From Bacteroidales bacterium UBA1205 (GTDB lineage: Bacteria > Bacteroidota > Bacteroidia > Bacteroidales > WCHB1-69): a stretch of DNA of 64,000 bases. The position numbers were made by a program, and so were the translations under genes. The DNA is taken from the NCBI GenBank assembly GCA_002309615.1, contig DBXT01000057.1, positions 3,408 to 67,407 on the forward strand, in the 5' to 3' direction. A model generated the notes under the pieces. The model was not told the origin of the DNA and searched no databases. It was given only the letters and a program-made list of their open reading frames with translations. This document shows positions 38,304-47,621 of the stretch, one piece after another. The stretch's first letter is position 1. Each line of letters opens with the position of its first letter.

Positions 38304-39266
38304 TTACAAACTGATGTCTTCTAAATGTAAGAAATGGTCAAAATCGAAAAGGGAATTAATGGATTTGTGTGATACCACGCTGTCTATTACTGTGGCAAAT
38401 AATTTGTCAACAGACAAGACAGTGATTTTGTCGCATTTTTGTTTTAAAGGAATGCTATCGGTGGTAATGATTTCCTCTAATGCCGAATTTTCCAAATTTT
38501 CGTATGCTTTGCCCGATAATACAGGATGTACGCACATGGCTCTCACCGATTTGGCTCCCATTTCTTTGATAGCATTGGCAGCTTTGCAAATAGTGCCTGC
38601 GGTATCGATAATGTCGTCTACCAATACTACGTTTTTATCTTTTACATCGCCTATTATTTGCAACGACCCTATCACATTCGGGCGAGGACGTTGTTTGTAA
38701 CCGATGGCTAAATCGGCTTCCAAATATTTGGCATAGGTGGCAGCTCTACGCGTACCTCCTGTGTCTGGCGATGCCATGCAAAGGTTTTCAAAGTTGCGGC
38801 GTTTTAAATAAGGTAAAAATATACGCGATGCGTATAGGTGGTCTACAGGCACATCAAAAAATCCTTGAATTTGGTCTGCATGCAAATCCATGGTGATAAT
38901 TCTGTCCACACCGGCTGCTGTGAGCAAATTAGCAACCAACTTTGCTCCTATGGGTACACGCGGCTTGTCTTTTCTATCTTGACGGGCACATCCGAAATAA
39001 GGCATAACCGCTACAATTTTATGTGCGGAAGCCCTTTTGGCTGCATCTATCATGTATAGCAATTCCATTAAATTTTCTGCAGGAGGGAATGTGGATTGTA
39101 CAATAAATACTTCACATCCTCGCAATGTTTCTGAAAAAGAAGGTTGAAATTCTCCATCACTAAATTGCATGATTTCTACATCAACCAATTTCTGGCCACA
39201 AATTTGGGCTATTCTCGCTGCTAATTCTCGGGAACAACGACCGGCGGCAATTTTTATAGTAGGCAT
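38304..39266 (-). CDS. prs: Ribose-phosphate pyrophosphokinase
   Basis: FSDGE, ARQDRK, MDLHADQIQGFFD and VDDIIDTAGT motifs; -7 element TACTTTTG at 39299-39306 (minus strand). Confidence 0.97.
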   Translation of the reverse strand: MPTIKIAAGRCSRELAARIAQICGQKLVDVEIMQFSDGEFQPSFSETLRGCEVFIVQSTFPPAENLMELLYMIDAAKRASAHKIVAVMPYFGCARQDRKDKPRVPIGAKLVANLLTAAGVDRIITMDLHADQIQGFFDVPVDHLYASRIFLPYLKRRNFENLCMASPDTGGTRRAATYAKYLEADLAIGYKQRPRPNVIGSLQIIGDVKDKNVVLVDDIIDTAGTICKAANAIKEMGAKSVRAMCVHPVLSGKAYENLENSALEEIITTDSIPLKQKCDKITVLSVDKLFATVIDSVVSHKSINSLFDFDHFLHLEDISL

Positions 39267-39419
39267 ATCTGATTTTTTTAATACTTATTCTTATTTTGCA
39301 AAAGTAGTAAAAATATTTGACATGATATTCCTTTTAAGGAAAAAAATTATAATGCAGATTCAACTGTCAAATTTATAAAATATTGGCAGAATTTTTTTTG
39401 TATTTTCACGGTGTCAATT

Positions 39420-41150
39420 TTATTGATTAATTGCTTTGAATACTTTTTCTCCGTGTTCTGTCAGAAGTTTGATAATCAATATTCCTTTTGCCGTTACATT
39501 TATTTCCGATACGGGTTCATAACAAGTGCGGGTTGCAATACATTTGCCGTCAGTGGTATAGATGGCTATGCTATAAGGAACCGTGGCATTTTGTATTTCT
39601 ATTTTCCCGTGAAACGGGTTGGGGTAAAGCATAGTATGATCTATGGTTGTTTCTTTGGTCAAAACGGAATCCGCCGTGGTGGTGAAATGATCATATACCC
39701 AGTCGCTGAACAGGGTGTCGTTGCAGACGGCACGCACATAGATATCATATTCGGTGGAGGGTTTTAATCGGGAAAGAACAAGCATGGTATCGGTGGTTAT
39801 GTAGCAGGTATCGCTACCCAAAACATAACCGTGCTCTCCGTATTCCATTTGCCAGCATAGCGGCATGGCATAATATTGCCATGTAATGGTGGCGCTATGG
39901 GTGTTGACATCCGTATGTTGCATGTTGATAATTCCTCCGCAGGTATCGGTAAGGGCATCGGTGCAGACACTTGTCATGCTCCAATCGCTGAACAGGGTGT
40001 CGTTGCAGACGGCACGCACATAGATATCATATTCGGTGGAGGGGGTTAATCGGGTAAGAACAAGCATGGTATCGGTGGTTATGTAGCAGGTATCGCTGCC
40101 CAAAACATATCCGTGCTCCCCGTATTCCATTTGCCAGCACATAGCCGAACTATCCGTCCATGCGACAGTAATGTTGAAGGTGTCTTTGGTGAGAAGATGC
40201 AAATTTTGTATGGCATGGCAGGTGTCGGGTCGGGGGATGGAATCGTGGTATAATATCAAGCTGTCCAAATAAAATAAAGAGCCGTATTGGCGGTTGTTGT
40301 TAGCCGAAGAAATGATGAGTATAATCAACGAATCGGCCGAAGGTGTGGTATTGACGGAATCGGCAAATGGCAAAGCTGAATATACCACATCAAAGGGCTG
40401 ATAAAAATCGGTGTCGGTAAAATTTCTATTAAATCCGCCGCCTACCACTTCCCGCATGCCGGTAGCGGTATTGTAATGCGTGCCTATGAGCATGATACCT
40501 CCGTTGTCGTTGCCGGTTCCGGCAGAAGTGTATTTATAATATCCGTGCAGTCTGGTAGGTTCAAAACCATTGAGAGCCAAGCCGCCGGAAAAATAGTCAT
40601 TCATATCCGACTGTGAGAATGCGGCTATCACTTGGTTAGCATTGAAGGTGTTGACACTGTCCAACATATCGGTAAACAAAGTGAGAAAATGGTCTGCATC
40701 TATAGCTGCGGTAGTCAGCACAGAAGGGAATATCATATTGGTATAGAAAGTATCAATATATGAACTTACCATATTGTAAGTGCTTGGCGGTATGATATCG
40801 GATAATTTAAAGGTTTGTAATGTTAATGCCTTATTGCCGTGAGGAACGAAACTGCCTGTTTCATAAGCGGCTTTCAAAAGGGGCAGGGTGGTGTTTACTT
40901 GTATATTTTGAAAGCCAAGGCTGACGGATCTATTAATGTGATAGGTAATATAATCCCAAGAAGTGGGATATTGATAGGCATTGTAAAGCGGGAGTGTAAG
41001 CATGCCTCCCATCACCGACAGGGTGTCTCCCGGGGCGGTAGACCAATTTTCAAAACTGAAATTGGGTAGACTATATGTTTCCTGGGCTTGTGGATATTTC
41101 AATATCAATAAAAAAGACAGCAGCAAACTATATTTGAGTAAGTTTTTCAT
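39420..41150 (-). CDS. Secreted protein: PCMD-like N-terminal region, two fibronectin type III repeats and a type A T9SS sorting domain
   Basis: Signal peptide, PNFSFENW and P.RLHGYYKY, two L.PSTEYDIYVRAVC...FSDW repeats, C-terminal YPNPF...IYTTDGK...KVFK. Confidence 0.8.
   Translation of the reverse strand: MKNLLKYSLLLSFLLILKYPQAQETYSLPNFSFENWSTAPGDTLSVMGGMLTLPLYNAYQYPTSWDYITYHINRSVSLGFQNIQVNTTLPLLKAAYETGSFVPHGNKALTLQTFKLSDIIPPSTYNMVSSYIDTFYTNMIFPSVLTTAAIDADHFLTLFTDMLDSVNTFNANQVIAAFSQSDMNDYFSGGLALNGFEPTRLHGYYKYTSAGTGNDNGGIMLIGTHYNTATGMREVVGGGFNRNFTDTDFYQPFDVVYSALPFADSVNTTPSADSLIILIISSANNNRQYGSLFYLDSLILYHDSIPRPDTCHAIQNLHLLTKDTFNITVAWTDSSAMCWQMEYGEHGYVLGSDTCYITTDTMLVLTRLTPSTEYDIYVRAVCNDTLFSDWSMTSVCTDALTDTCGGIINMQHTDVNTHSATITWQYYAMPLCWQMEYGEHGYVLGSDTCYITTDTMLVLSRLKPSTEYDIYVRAVCNDTLFSDWVYDHFTTTADSVLTKETTIDHTMLYPNPFHGKIEIQNATVPYSIAIYTTDGKCIATRTCYEPVSEINVTAKGILIIKLLTEHGEKVFKAINQ
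39699..40139. repeat. Intragenic direct repeat of 159 bp (39699-39857 and 39981-40139)
   Basis: Offset 282 bp; 7 mismatches by manual alignment. Confidence 0.9.
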
Positions 41151-41161
41151 TTTGTAAAAAA

Positions 41162-41749
41162 TTATAATTCAATATTTTCCAGCATATTGCATAACAGATG
41201 TGTGGGGAATCCCATCACGGTATAAAACGATCCTTCTATTTTATCTATTGCTTTCATGCCTATCCATTCTTGTATTCCGTAGGCGCCGGCCTTGTCATAA
41301 GGAGCGTATGTTTCTAAATAGTAAGCAATATCTTGGGGGGATAAGGGCATAAAATGTATGTATGCCGTATCGTGTTTAAGCCAGTATTTTTCTTTATACC
41401 CGATACATATTGACGACATTACGCTGTGTGTTCGGTCGGACAAAGCTTGTAGCATCAGCGAAGCTTCCCGTTCGTTTTTGGGTTTGCCGAAAATCTGCCT
41501 ATTGCAGCAGACTATGGTGTCGCCGCCTATTATCAAGGTGTCGGCAGGAAGATTTTGCTGTACGGCTTGCACTTTTTGCAAGGCTATTTTTTCTACTATT
41601 TCACCATGAGGCAGGGATAAGTCAACGGTTTCGTCCACCTGAGCGACGCGTATGGTAAAATTCAGTCCCAAACTTTTAAGCAATTCCGCTCTGCGTGGCG
41701 ATTGGGAAGCCAGTACTATTTTTATATTGTTAAATTTTTGCGTAAACAT
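41162..41749 (-). CDS. maf: Maf-family nucleotide pyrophosphatase
   Basis: LASQSPRRAELL, IGGDTIV, GKP and DKAGAYGIQ motifs; real start MFTQK overlaps the upp stop codon. Confidence 0.92.
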   Translation of the reverse strand: MFTQKFNNIKIVLASQSPRRAELLKSLGLNFTIRVAQVDETVDLSLPHGEIVEKIALQKVQAVQQNLPADTLIIGGDTIVCCNRQIFGKPKNEREASLMLQALSDRTHSVMSSICIGYKEKYWLKHDTAYIHFMPLSPQDIAYYLETYAPYDKAGAYGIQEWIGMKAIDKIEGSFYTVMGFPTHLLCNMLENIEL

Positions 41750-42402
41750 CAAAAACTCATTTTTTCGCCAAAAGCCAAATCTCCTGCATCTCCCAGGCCG
41801 GGAACTATATACGATTGAGCGGTGAGCTCTTCGTCTATGGCTACTGTCCATATATCCGCATTGTGCGGTAATTTTGATTTTAAATAGTTGATACCTTGTA
41901 TGGTGGATATCACCGATACCACGTGTATTTTGCTTGGCATACCATAATGAAACAGACCTTTGAGCGATACGTCCACCGATTGACCTGTAGCCAGCATGGG
42001 ATCGGCTAAAATAAGCACTTTATCGTTTAAATCCGGAGCGGAAATATAATCCAATTGTATTTCAAACGAACCGTCTTTCTCCGTTTTCCGGTAGGCGGAA
42101 ACAAAAGCACTTTCGGCATGGTCAAAAAAATTCAGAATTCCTTGATGAAAAGGCAGCCCCGCACGCAAGATGGTTGCTACTACCAGCGGTTGGGACGGCA
42201 ACATCATAGAGGCTATGCCCAAAGGGGAATCTATGTCTTGGGATTCATAGGCTAATTTTTTGCTTATTTCGTAAGCGAAAATTTCTCCCAAACGCTCTAA
42301 ATTTTTACGAAATCTAAGGCTGTCTTGCTGTATGTTTATATTTCGTAATTCGGCTAAAAAGGTGTTAGCCGCTGAATTCTGCATTTGTAAAACTGTAACC
42401 AT
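41749..42402 (-). CDS. upp: Uracil phosphoribosyltransferase
   Basis: ILRAG, ADPMLATG and YIVPGLGDAGD motifs. Confidence 0.96.
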   Translation of the reverse strand: MVTVLQMQNSAANTFLAELRNINIQQDSLRFRKNLERLGEIFAYEISKKLAYESQDIDSPLGIASMMLPSQPLVVATILRAGLPFHQGILNFFDHAESAFVSAYRKTEKDGSFEIQLDYISAPDLNDKVLILADPMLATGQSVDVSLKGLFHYGMPSKIHVVSVISTIQGINYLKSKLPHNADIWTVAIDEELTAQSYIVPGLGDAGDLAFGEKMSF

Positions 42403-42466
42403 AAGATATTTTTTTGCAAAAATAAATATATACCTTGTTTTCTATTCTAAAAATATTTGTTCTGAC

Positions 42467-43105
42467 TTATTTAAATCTATATCCCACGCCTATTTTCACA
42501 AGAGCATCCACTCCTATATTGGTTTCCAACAAGCCATACCATTTTTTACCCACCATAACGCCTATAGGAATCACATCAAAAGCGAACATGCATTGGTGAA
42601 AAGCGTCTTCTCCCGCTTTTTTTCCGTCCCACATCACATTCATGCCCAAGTCTATGCCCGAATATAACTTTACAACGGGTTTGTTTAGGTATATAAAACG
42701 CGCACTCGGCATTATGGCAAGAGAAGAAGTGGTATAGGTTTTTTCTTTTACCGACCGGGTGCTGTCGGTGTAGATAGTGTTATATATTCCTTCGTACACT
42801 ACTTTGAACCCCAATTCACACCAAGGCTTGAGCCTGTAATAATAATTAAAACTATAGGAGCCCACCCAATCAAAACGATAGGCATGTTTGTTAATACTGC
42901 TGACTATGGCAAGCGGAATGCCTTTGGCAAAAACCATAATAAAAAAGCCCTCTGCCGAAAAATAACCGGCATTAATGCCTATATCATGGTGATATTCTAA
43001 ATTGTCAGTATCGGGCAACAAAGATATTTCCTCCGTGTTTTGCCCCATCAGCATGCTCTGCATAAAGCAGATGATACAGAATATTATGGTTGTTTTTCTT
43101 ATCAT
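42467..43105 (-). CDS. Putative small outer-membrane beta-barrel protein
   Basis: Signal peptide, amphipathic strands, terminal IGVGYRF; -7 element TATCTTTG at 43127-43134 (minus strand). Confidence 0.65.
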   Translation of the reverse strand: MIRKTTIIFCIICFMQSMLMGQNTEEISLLPDTDNLEYHHDIGINAGYFSAEGFFIMVFAKGIPLAIVSSINKHAYRFDWVGSYSFNYYYRLKPWCELGFKVVYEGIYNTIYTDSTRSVKEKTYTTSSLAIMPSARFIYLNKPVVKLYSGIDLGMNVMWDGKKAGEDAFHQCMFAFDVIPIGVMVGKKWYGLLETNIGVDALVKIGVGYRFK

Positions 43106-43214
43106 GGATGATTATTTTTACAAATGCAAAGATAACATTATTTTTTTTGACAAAGAATACACAATATTTTACCGTCATTTATCGTTATTTTTATTTATAT
43201 TCTTAATTTGTATA

Positions 43215-44873
43215 ATGAAACATACCAAACGAAATATTTTTATAGCTATAGCCGTCGGTGCATTGTCGGTGATATGTGCCGGATTTGTACACAACGATTT
43301 TGAGTTGGCCAAAAATTTAGATATTTATTCTTCCTTATTGCGGCAATTGGATGAAAACTATGTGGATGAAATCAATGTAAACGATTTGGTTACCACATCC
43401 ATCAACGCTATGTTGGAGAAATTGGATCCGTACACGGTGTTTTATCCGGAGTCGGAATTGGAAGAATTCAAGCTTATGACCACCGGTCAGTATGGCGGTA
43501 TAGGTGCCACCATACAGCAAGATAGCGAATATGTGCTTATAGCGGAACCTTATGAAGGCTTTCCCGCTTACAATGCAGGCTTGCAGCCGGGAGATAAAAT
43601 ATTGGAAATAGAACATAAAAGTGTTAAAGGAAAAACAGTTTCGGATGTGAGCAATTTGCTCAAGGGGCAGCCGGGAACAAGCATACATTTGAGTGTTATG
43701 CCCTATGGCAGCACCAAAACTGTTCGCAAAGAAATAACGAGGCAAGAGATAAAATTTCCTAATGTGAGTTATAGCGGTATGCTCAACGATACCATAGGTT
43801 ATATTCGTTTGGACCAATTTACCGAGAATGCTGCCAATGATGTGAAAAATGCTTTTATCCAATTGAAAAATCAGGGGATGTCACATTTGATTTTCGACCT
43901 CAGAGGCAATGGAGGCGGATTGTTGAACGAGGCTGTGGATATAGTCAACTTGTTTGTTAATCCTAACAATGTAGTGGTAAGCACCAAGGGAAAAAGCAGT
44001 GACAAAACACAGGTGTTTGCTACTCATAACGCAGCATTGGATACCAAAATACCCATTATAGTGTTGGTGGACGGCACCAGCGCTTCCGCTTCGGAGATAG
44101 TGTCGGGAGCCTTGCAGGATTTTGACCGTGCCGTAATAGTCGGACAACGCACATTCGGCAAAGGGCTGGTGCAAAATATAATGCCTTTGAGCTACAATAC
44201 CCGCGTTAAAATAACGGTATCAAAATATTACATTCCTTCGGGAAGATGTATTCAAGGAATAGACTACGGGGATAAAGACGAAAAAGGCGTGTCCAAACAC
44301 AAAGCCGATTCATCGGCAACCGCTTTTAAAACCAAAAACGGTCGTATAGTATATGATTACGGCGGCATAGAACCTGATGTCAAAGTGGAAATACCTCCGT
44401 ATAGCACCGTGTTGTTAGCCATGTTTGAAAAGAAACTTATTTTTAATTATGCCAATGAATTCAAACTTAAGCATAAAAACATCGCTTCTGCAAAAGATTT
44501 TACCATATCCGACAATGTGTACCAAGATTTTACCGATTATGTAAAGGCAAAGAATCTTTCCTATGAAACTTTTACTGAAAAACAAATTAAAGCACTGAAA
44601 AACAGCTGTAAAGACGATAAATTTTCGGTTGCGATAGAAAACCAAATACAGCAATTGGAACTTGCCGTGCAAAAAGAAAAAGCAACAGACATGGATAAAT
44701 ACAAAAAAGAGATTTCCCAATTGCTGCAAATGGAGATAGTATCTCGTTATTATGCACAAAAAGGGAGAATAGAAAATTCTTTAAGCATAGATCCCGATAT
44801 AGCCAAGTCAATAGAAATATTCACCGACGGCAAACAATATAACAATATATTAAAAGCAGGTAGCAAAAAGTAG
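43215..44873 (+). CDS. S41A carboxy-terminal processing protease with PDZ domain
   Basis: LDPYT, YGGIG, DLRGNGGGLL, SASASEIV, TFGKGLVQ and GGIEPD motifs; start at MKHTK. Confidence 0.93.
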   Translation: MKHTKRNIFIAIAVGALSVICAGFVHNDFELAKNLDIYSSLLRQLDENYVDEINVNDLVTTSINAMLEKLDPYTVFYPESELEEFKLMTTGQYGGIGATIQQDSEYVLIAEPYEGFPAYNAGLQPGDKILEIEHKSVKGKTVSDVSNLLKGQPGTSIHLSVMPYGSTKTVRKEITRQEIKFPNVSYSGMLNDTIGYIRLDQFTENAANDVKNAFIQLKNQGMSHLIFDLRGNGGGLLNEAVDIVNLFVNPNNVVVSTKGKSSDKTQVFATHNAALDTKIPIIVLVDGTSASASEIVSGALQDFDRAVIVGQRTFGKGLVQNIMPLSYNTRVKITVSKYYIPSGRCIQGIDYGDKDEKGVSKHKADSSATAFKTKNGRIVYDYGGIEPDVKVEIPPYSTVLLAMFEKKLIFNYANEFKLKHKNIASAKDFTISDNVYQDFTDYVKAKNLSYETFTEKQIKALKNSCKDDKFSVAIENQIQQLELAVQKEKATDMDKYKKEISQLLQMEIVSRYYAQKGRIENSLSIDPDIAKSIEIFTDGKQYNNILKAGSKK

Positions 44874-44896
44874 GTGCATTTTGTGCGAATGCATTA

Positions 44897-45058
44897 TCAT
44901 ACAACTGATATGCCGTAGTTTTGTATATACCCTGCTACACACTCCTCACCGACATAAATATAATTATATTGTGTGTTGGTAGTGAGGTTGTGCTCATACT
45001 CCCTGCCACAATATATTTTCTTTTCCTGCTCTGTGTTGTTAACGGTGTAGGTGGTCAT
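44897..45058 (-). pseudogene. 53-codon Rhs-core stub
   Basis: Translates MTTYTVNNTEQEKKIYCGREYEHNLTTNTQYNYIYVGEECVAGYIQNYGISVV*, nearly identical to the start of the 45723-46817 ORF. Confidence 0.75.
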
Positions 45059-45146
45059 AGCCCTGCTTTGAATTATAATTATATAACGAAGAAATATAGT
45101 TCTTATTGTTTGATTATTAAAATTTTATCTGTTTTTTAGAGATGTG

Positions 45147-45695
45147 CTAAATATTAAATATATGATAGTATAGAATGTTTTTTTTAGGACAATAAATGAA
45201 AAAGTAGTAACTTTCTTCTGTAATAATGTAACAATAGAGATTATCGCCATTGTCCTGAGCTTTTCTAAAATCAACCAGCAGATTGCTTTCTAAAAAATGT
45301 GACCTATAACCATATCCTTCTTTCAATCTATGCAAAAAAAACATAGAAATGGTAGAACTGTCTAAAGGACATTTTTTCCAACCTGATACAATGGATTTAT
45401 CATCAATTAATTCTTCGTTCCATTTTTTTAATGATATTGGGAAATTTGTATTCAACACTCCTTTTTTTACTTTATACTCATATATTTCGTCTCTATCCCC
45501 ATGTAAATCAAGTTTAATAAAGTCTTTACTTCGTTTTTTCTTTACATTTTCGTATGAATAAAAAATACTGTTTAATTCGTCTTTATTTAATGGACTATAA
45601 GTTATTTCTGTATATACTAAATAGGATATTATTAGAAAAATAGCTATGATTACTAAATTTTTCTTTTTTGAAAGTTTTTTATATAACAATTTCAT
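45147..45695 (-). CDS. Putative immunity protein for the upstream Rhs toxin tip
   Basis: Very AT-rich, N-terminal TM anchor, 27-bp gap after the Rhs fragment, same strand. Confidence 0.55.
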   Translation of the reverse strand: MKLLYKKLSKKKNLVIIAIFLIISYLVYTEITYSPLNKDELNSIFYSYENVKKKRSKDFIKLDLHGDRDEIYEYKVKKGVLNTNFPISLKKWNEELIDDKSIVSGWKKCPLDSSTISMFFLHRLKEGYGYRSHFLESNLLVDFRKAQDNGDNLYCYIITEESYYFFIYCPKKNILYYHIFNI

Positions 45696-45722
45696 GGCTA
45701 TATAGTTTTGAAAAATATAGAC

Positions 45723-46817
45723 TTATTTTACAGGTAAATATTTGGTTCCATACCCAATAATGTTGAAATCAACACCTGTTCCGCCCGGACGACCCATAAA
45801 TGTTGCAATATTTCTTAATGGTCTACCTTTCTGCATATCAAATTTATATCTATCAACTCTTTCATCATTTCCAATTTTAACTTCTCCGGTAATTGGATCT
45901 AAAAGAGTTAAAGTTAAAGATCCATATGTAGTACCTATAATTCCTGTTAAATCATTCCATAAAAAATTCTTACCGATTTGTTTTTCTTTTGAAAAACTTT
46001 TTGTTGTTACTCCTGGAATATCTATCTTACTCAAATCCACATATAATGGTTTTCCAGTCCCGGCATTCCACCAAGCATCCGCCTCTTCTTTTGTTACAAT
46101 TCCATCATAATCAGGTCTATTTGAAAGATTCAGATAATGAGAATAATACTTTAAATATGCATCAAATGATTTAAAAGTTTCTTTCTTTTTTGCTAAAGCA
46201 TCCTCATGTGACATATTTTGTTTAAAATCAGAACGATCCATGATAATGGCTTCGCCTTGCAAACCTTGGTTATCTGTTCCTAAAAAATTACCGTCATGAT
46301 CATAAATTGGAGACATCTTCTCCCCGCTCGGGTCAACATATTGCAACGGAGAAAACAAGCAATAAGCATACCTATTGTAATTCAGCGGGTTTTCGGGGGA
46401 TTGGATATAAGGGTCCGGAGAGAGGAAGTGAGCCAAAACGGGGTCGTACATTCTGCCGTTAAAATTGATAAGGGCAAAGTTATCCAAATGCTGTTGTCCG
46501 GTAAAACCTCTGTCAATAAGGTGCTTGGCGGTGTCGGTTTTGCTCCAATCGGAAAACATTCTTCTTTGTCCAAAAGGAGTGTAAGACATACTATCCACAA
46601 TTTCTCCTGCTGTATTGGTTATTTTTTCTATGCTGCCAATGTAGTTGGTGTGCAAAGTGTACATGGCATTGGTATCTCCCTGCACATACAAAGCAATAGG
46701 CATATCACCCACATAAATGTAATTATATTGTGTGTTGGTGGTGAGGTTGTGCTCATACTCCCTGCCACAATATATTTTCTTTTCCTGCTCTGTGTTGTTA
46801 ACGCTGTAGGTGGTCAT
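45723..46817 (-). CDS. Orphan Rhs-repeat core fragment with C-terminal polymorphic toxin tip
   Basis: HTNYIGS, YTPFG, RGFTGQ, NGRMYDP, FLSPDP and NRYAYC..PLQYVDPSG core end, followed by about 200 aa of tip. Confidence 0.88.
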   Translation of the reverse strand: MTTYSVNNTEQEKKIYCGREYEHNLTTNTQYNYIYVGDMPIALYVQGDTNAMYTLHTNYIGSIEKITNTAGEIVDSMSYTPFGQRRMFSDWSKTDTAKHLIDRGFTGQQHLDNFALINFNGRMYDPVLAHFLSPDPYIQSPENPLNYNRYAYCLFSPLQYVDPSGEKMSPIYDHDGNFLGTDNQGLQGEAIIMDRSDFKQNMSHEDALAKKKETFKSFDAYLKYYSHYLNLSNRPDYDGIVTKEEADAWWNAGTGKPLYVDLSKIDIPGVTTKSFSKEKQIGKNFLWNDLTGIIGTTYGSLTLTLLDPITGEVKIGNDERVDRYKFDMQKGRPLRNIATFMGRPGGTGVDFNIIGYGTKYLPVK

Positions 46818-46904
46818 AGCCCTTTGCTGGTTAGGATAATAATCAATAGTATAACGTTTTCCTGCCTCGTTTATTGTGTTTTAATGGTTGATATATCTGT
46901 CATA

Positions 46905-47432
46905 TTATAGTTTTTCACCAGAATAATATTTATACATAATATCCACATAGTATTTTGTGAAATCTAAGATTTTTACTACACTATTTAGATCATAATACAG
47001 CGTATCTGTTTTATATGCAATTTGCAGTGTTGTAAAACAAGTATTTTCTTTGCTGTCAGCATATTGTTGCATATACAGAAACATATCTTCAAAATTCAAA
47101 GTATCCTCTGAATCTTTCTTATAAACAACTTTTCCCAAATCTATCGTTTCATTCCCTGATTCTAATGTCTCTATGGATTTTGTTTCTATAAATACGGTGT
47201 CATGACTTTTGGTTATACAATTGTAATATTTCAATCTTAACATACAAACAGATAAATCTGCACATACGAATATGGTATCCTCGTTGTTCATCGTTTCGGA
47301 AAATTTGAAAATATCTTTTTCTAAAGAAAAATCAGAATTGGAAATTATTTTTTCATCATGAATATTTTCTCTATGACAACCAATTGTGATGAACCAAAGA
47401 GAGAAAAGGAAGATGATTATTAATTTATACAT
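46905..47432 (-). CDS. Hypothetical lipoprotein, possible orphan immunity protein
   Basis: Lipobox-like ITIGC, AT-rich, directly upstream of the Rhs fragment; -7 element TATTTTTG at 47496-47503 (minus strand). Confidence 0.6.
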   Translation of the reverse strand: MYKLIIIFLFSLWFITIGCHRENIHDEKIISNSDFSLEKDIFKFSETMNNEDTIFVCADLSVCMLRLKYYNCITKSHDTVFIETKSIETLESGNETIDLGKVVYKKDSEDTLNFEDMFLYMQQYADSKENTCFTTLQIAYKTDTLYYDLNSVVKILDFTKYYVDIMYKYYSGEKL

Positions 47433-47621
47433 AGGTATTCAATTTTATAAGCTAAATTCAATAAATAAATGCAAATTTGTTAAACTATTTTTTTGCAAAA
47501 ATACAAAAAAAATTAATACGAAAATAAAAAAGGATAATTTTTTTCACAAAAAAAAACGGCATACGTTTTTTTCACTATTTAGAGATAAAAATGTTATCTT
47601 TGCGTCTTGTCGTTACAAGAT

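Larger units (their letters stand above)
44946..46823. repeat. 119-bp direct repeat (44946-45064 and 46705-46823)
   Basis: Offset 1759 bp; 4 mismatches, three of them synonymous third-codon positions in the Rhs frame. Confidence 0.92.

Noticed and set aside
39699-40139. FN3 repeat pair as a diversity-generating retroelement TR/VR
   Set aside because: Mismatches are not confined to adenines of one copy, both copies are in frame in one gene, and no reverse transcriptase is present
44946-46823. 119-bp repeat as DGR template, CRISPR or prophage att sites
   Set aside because: Only two copies, it encodes Rhs core sequence with mostly synonymous differences, and no RT, cas or integrase gene is present
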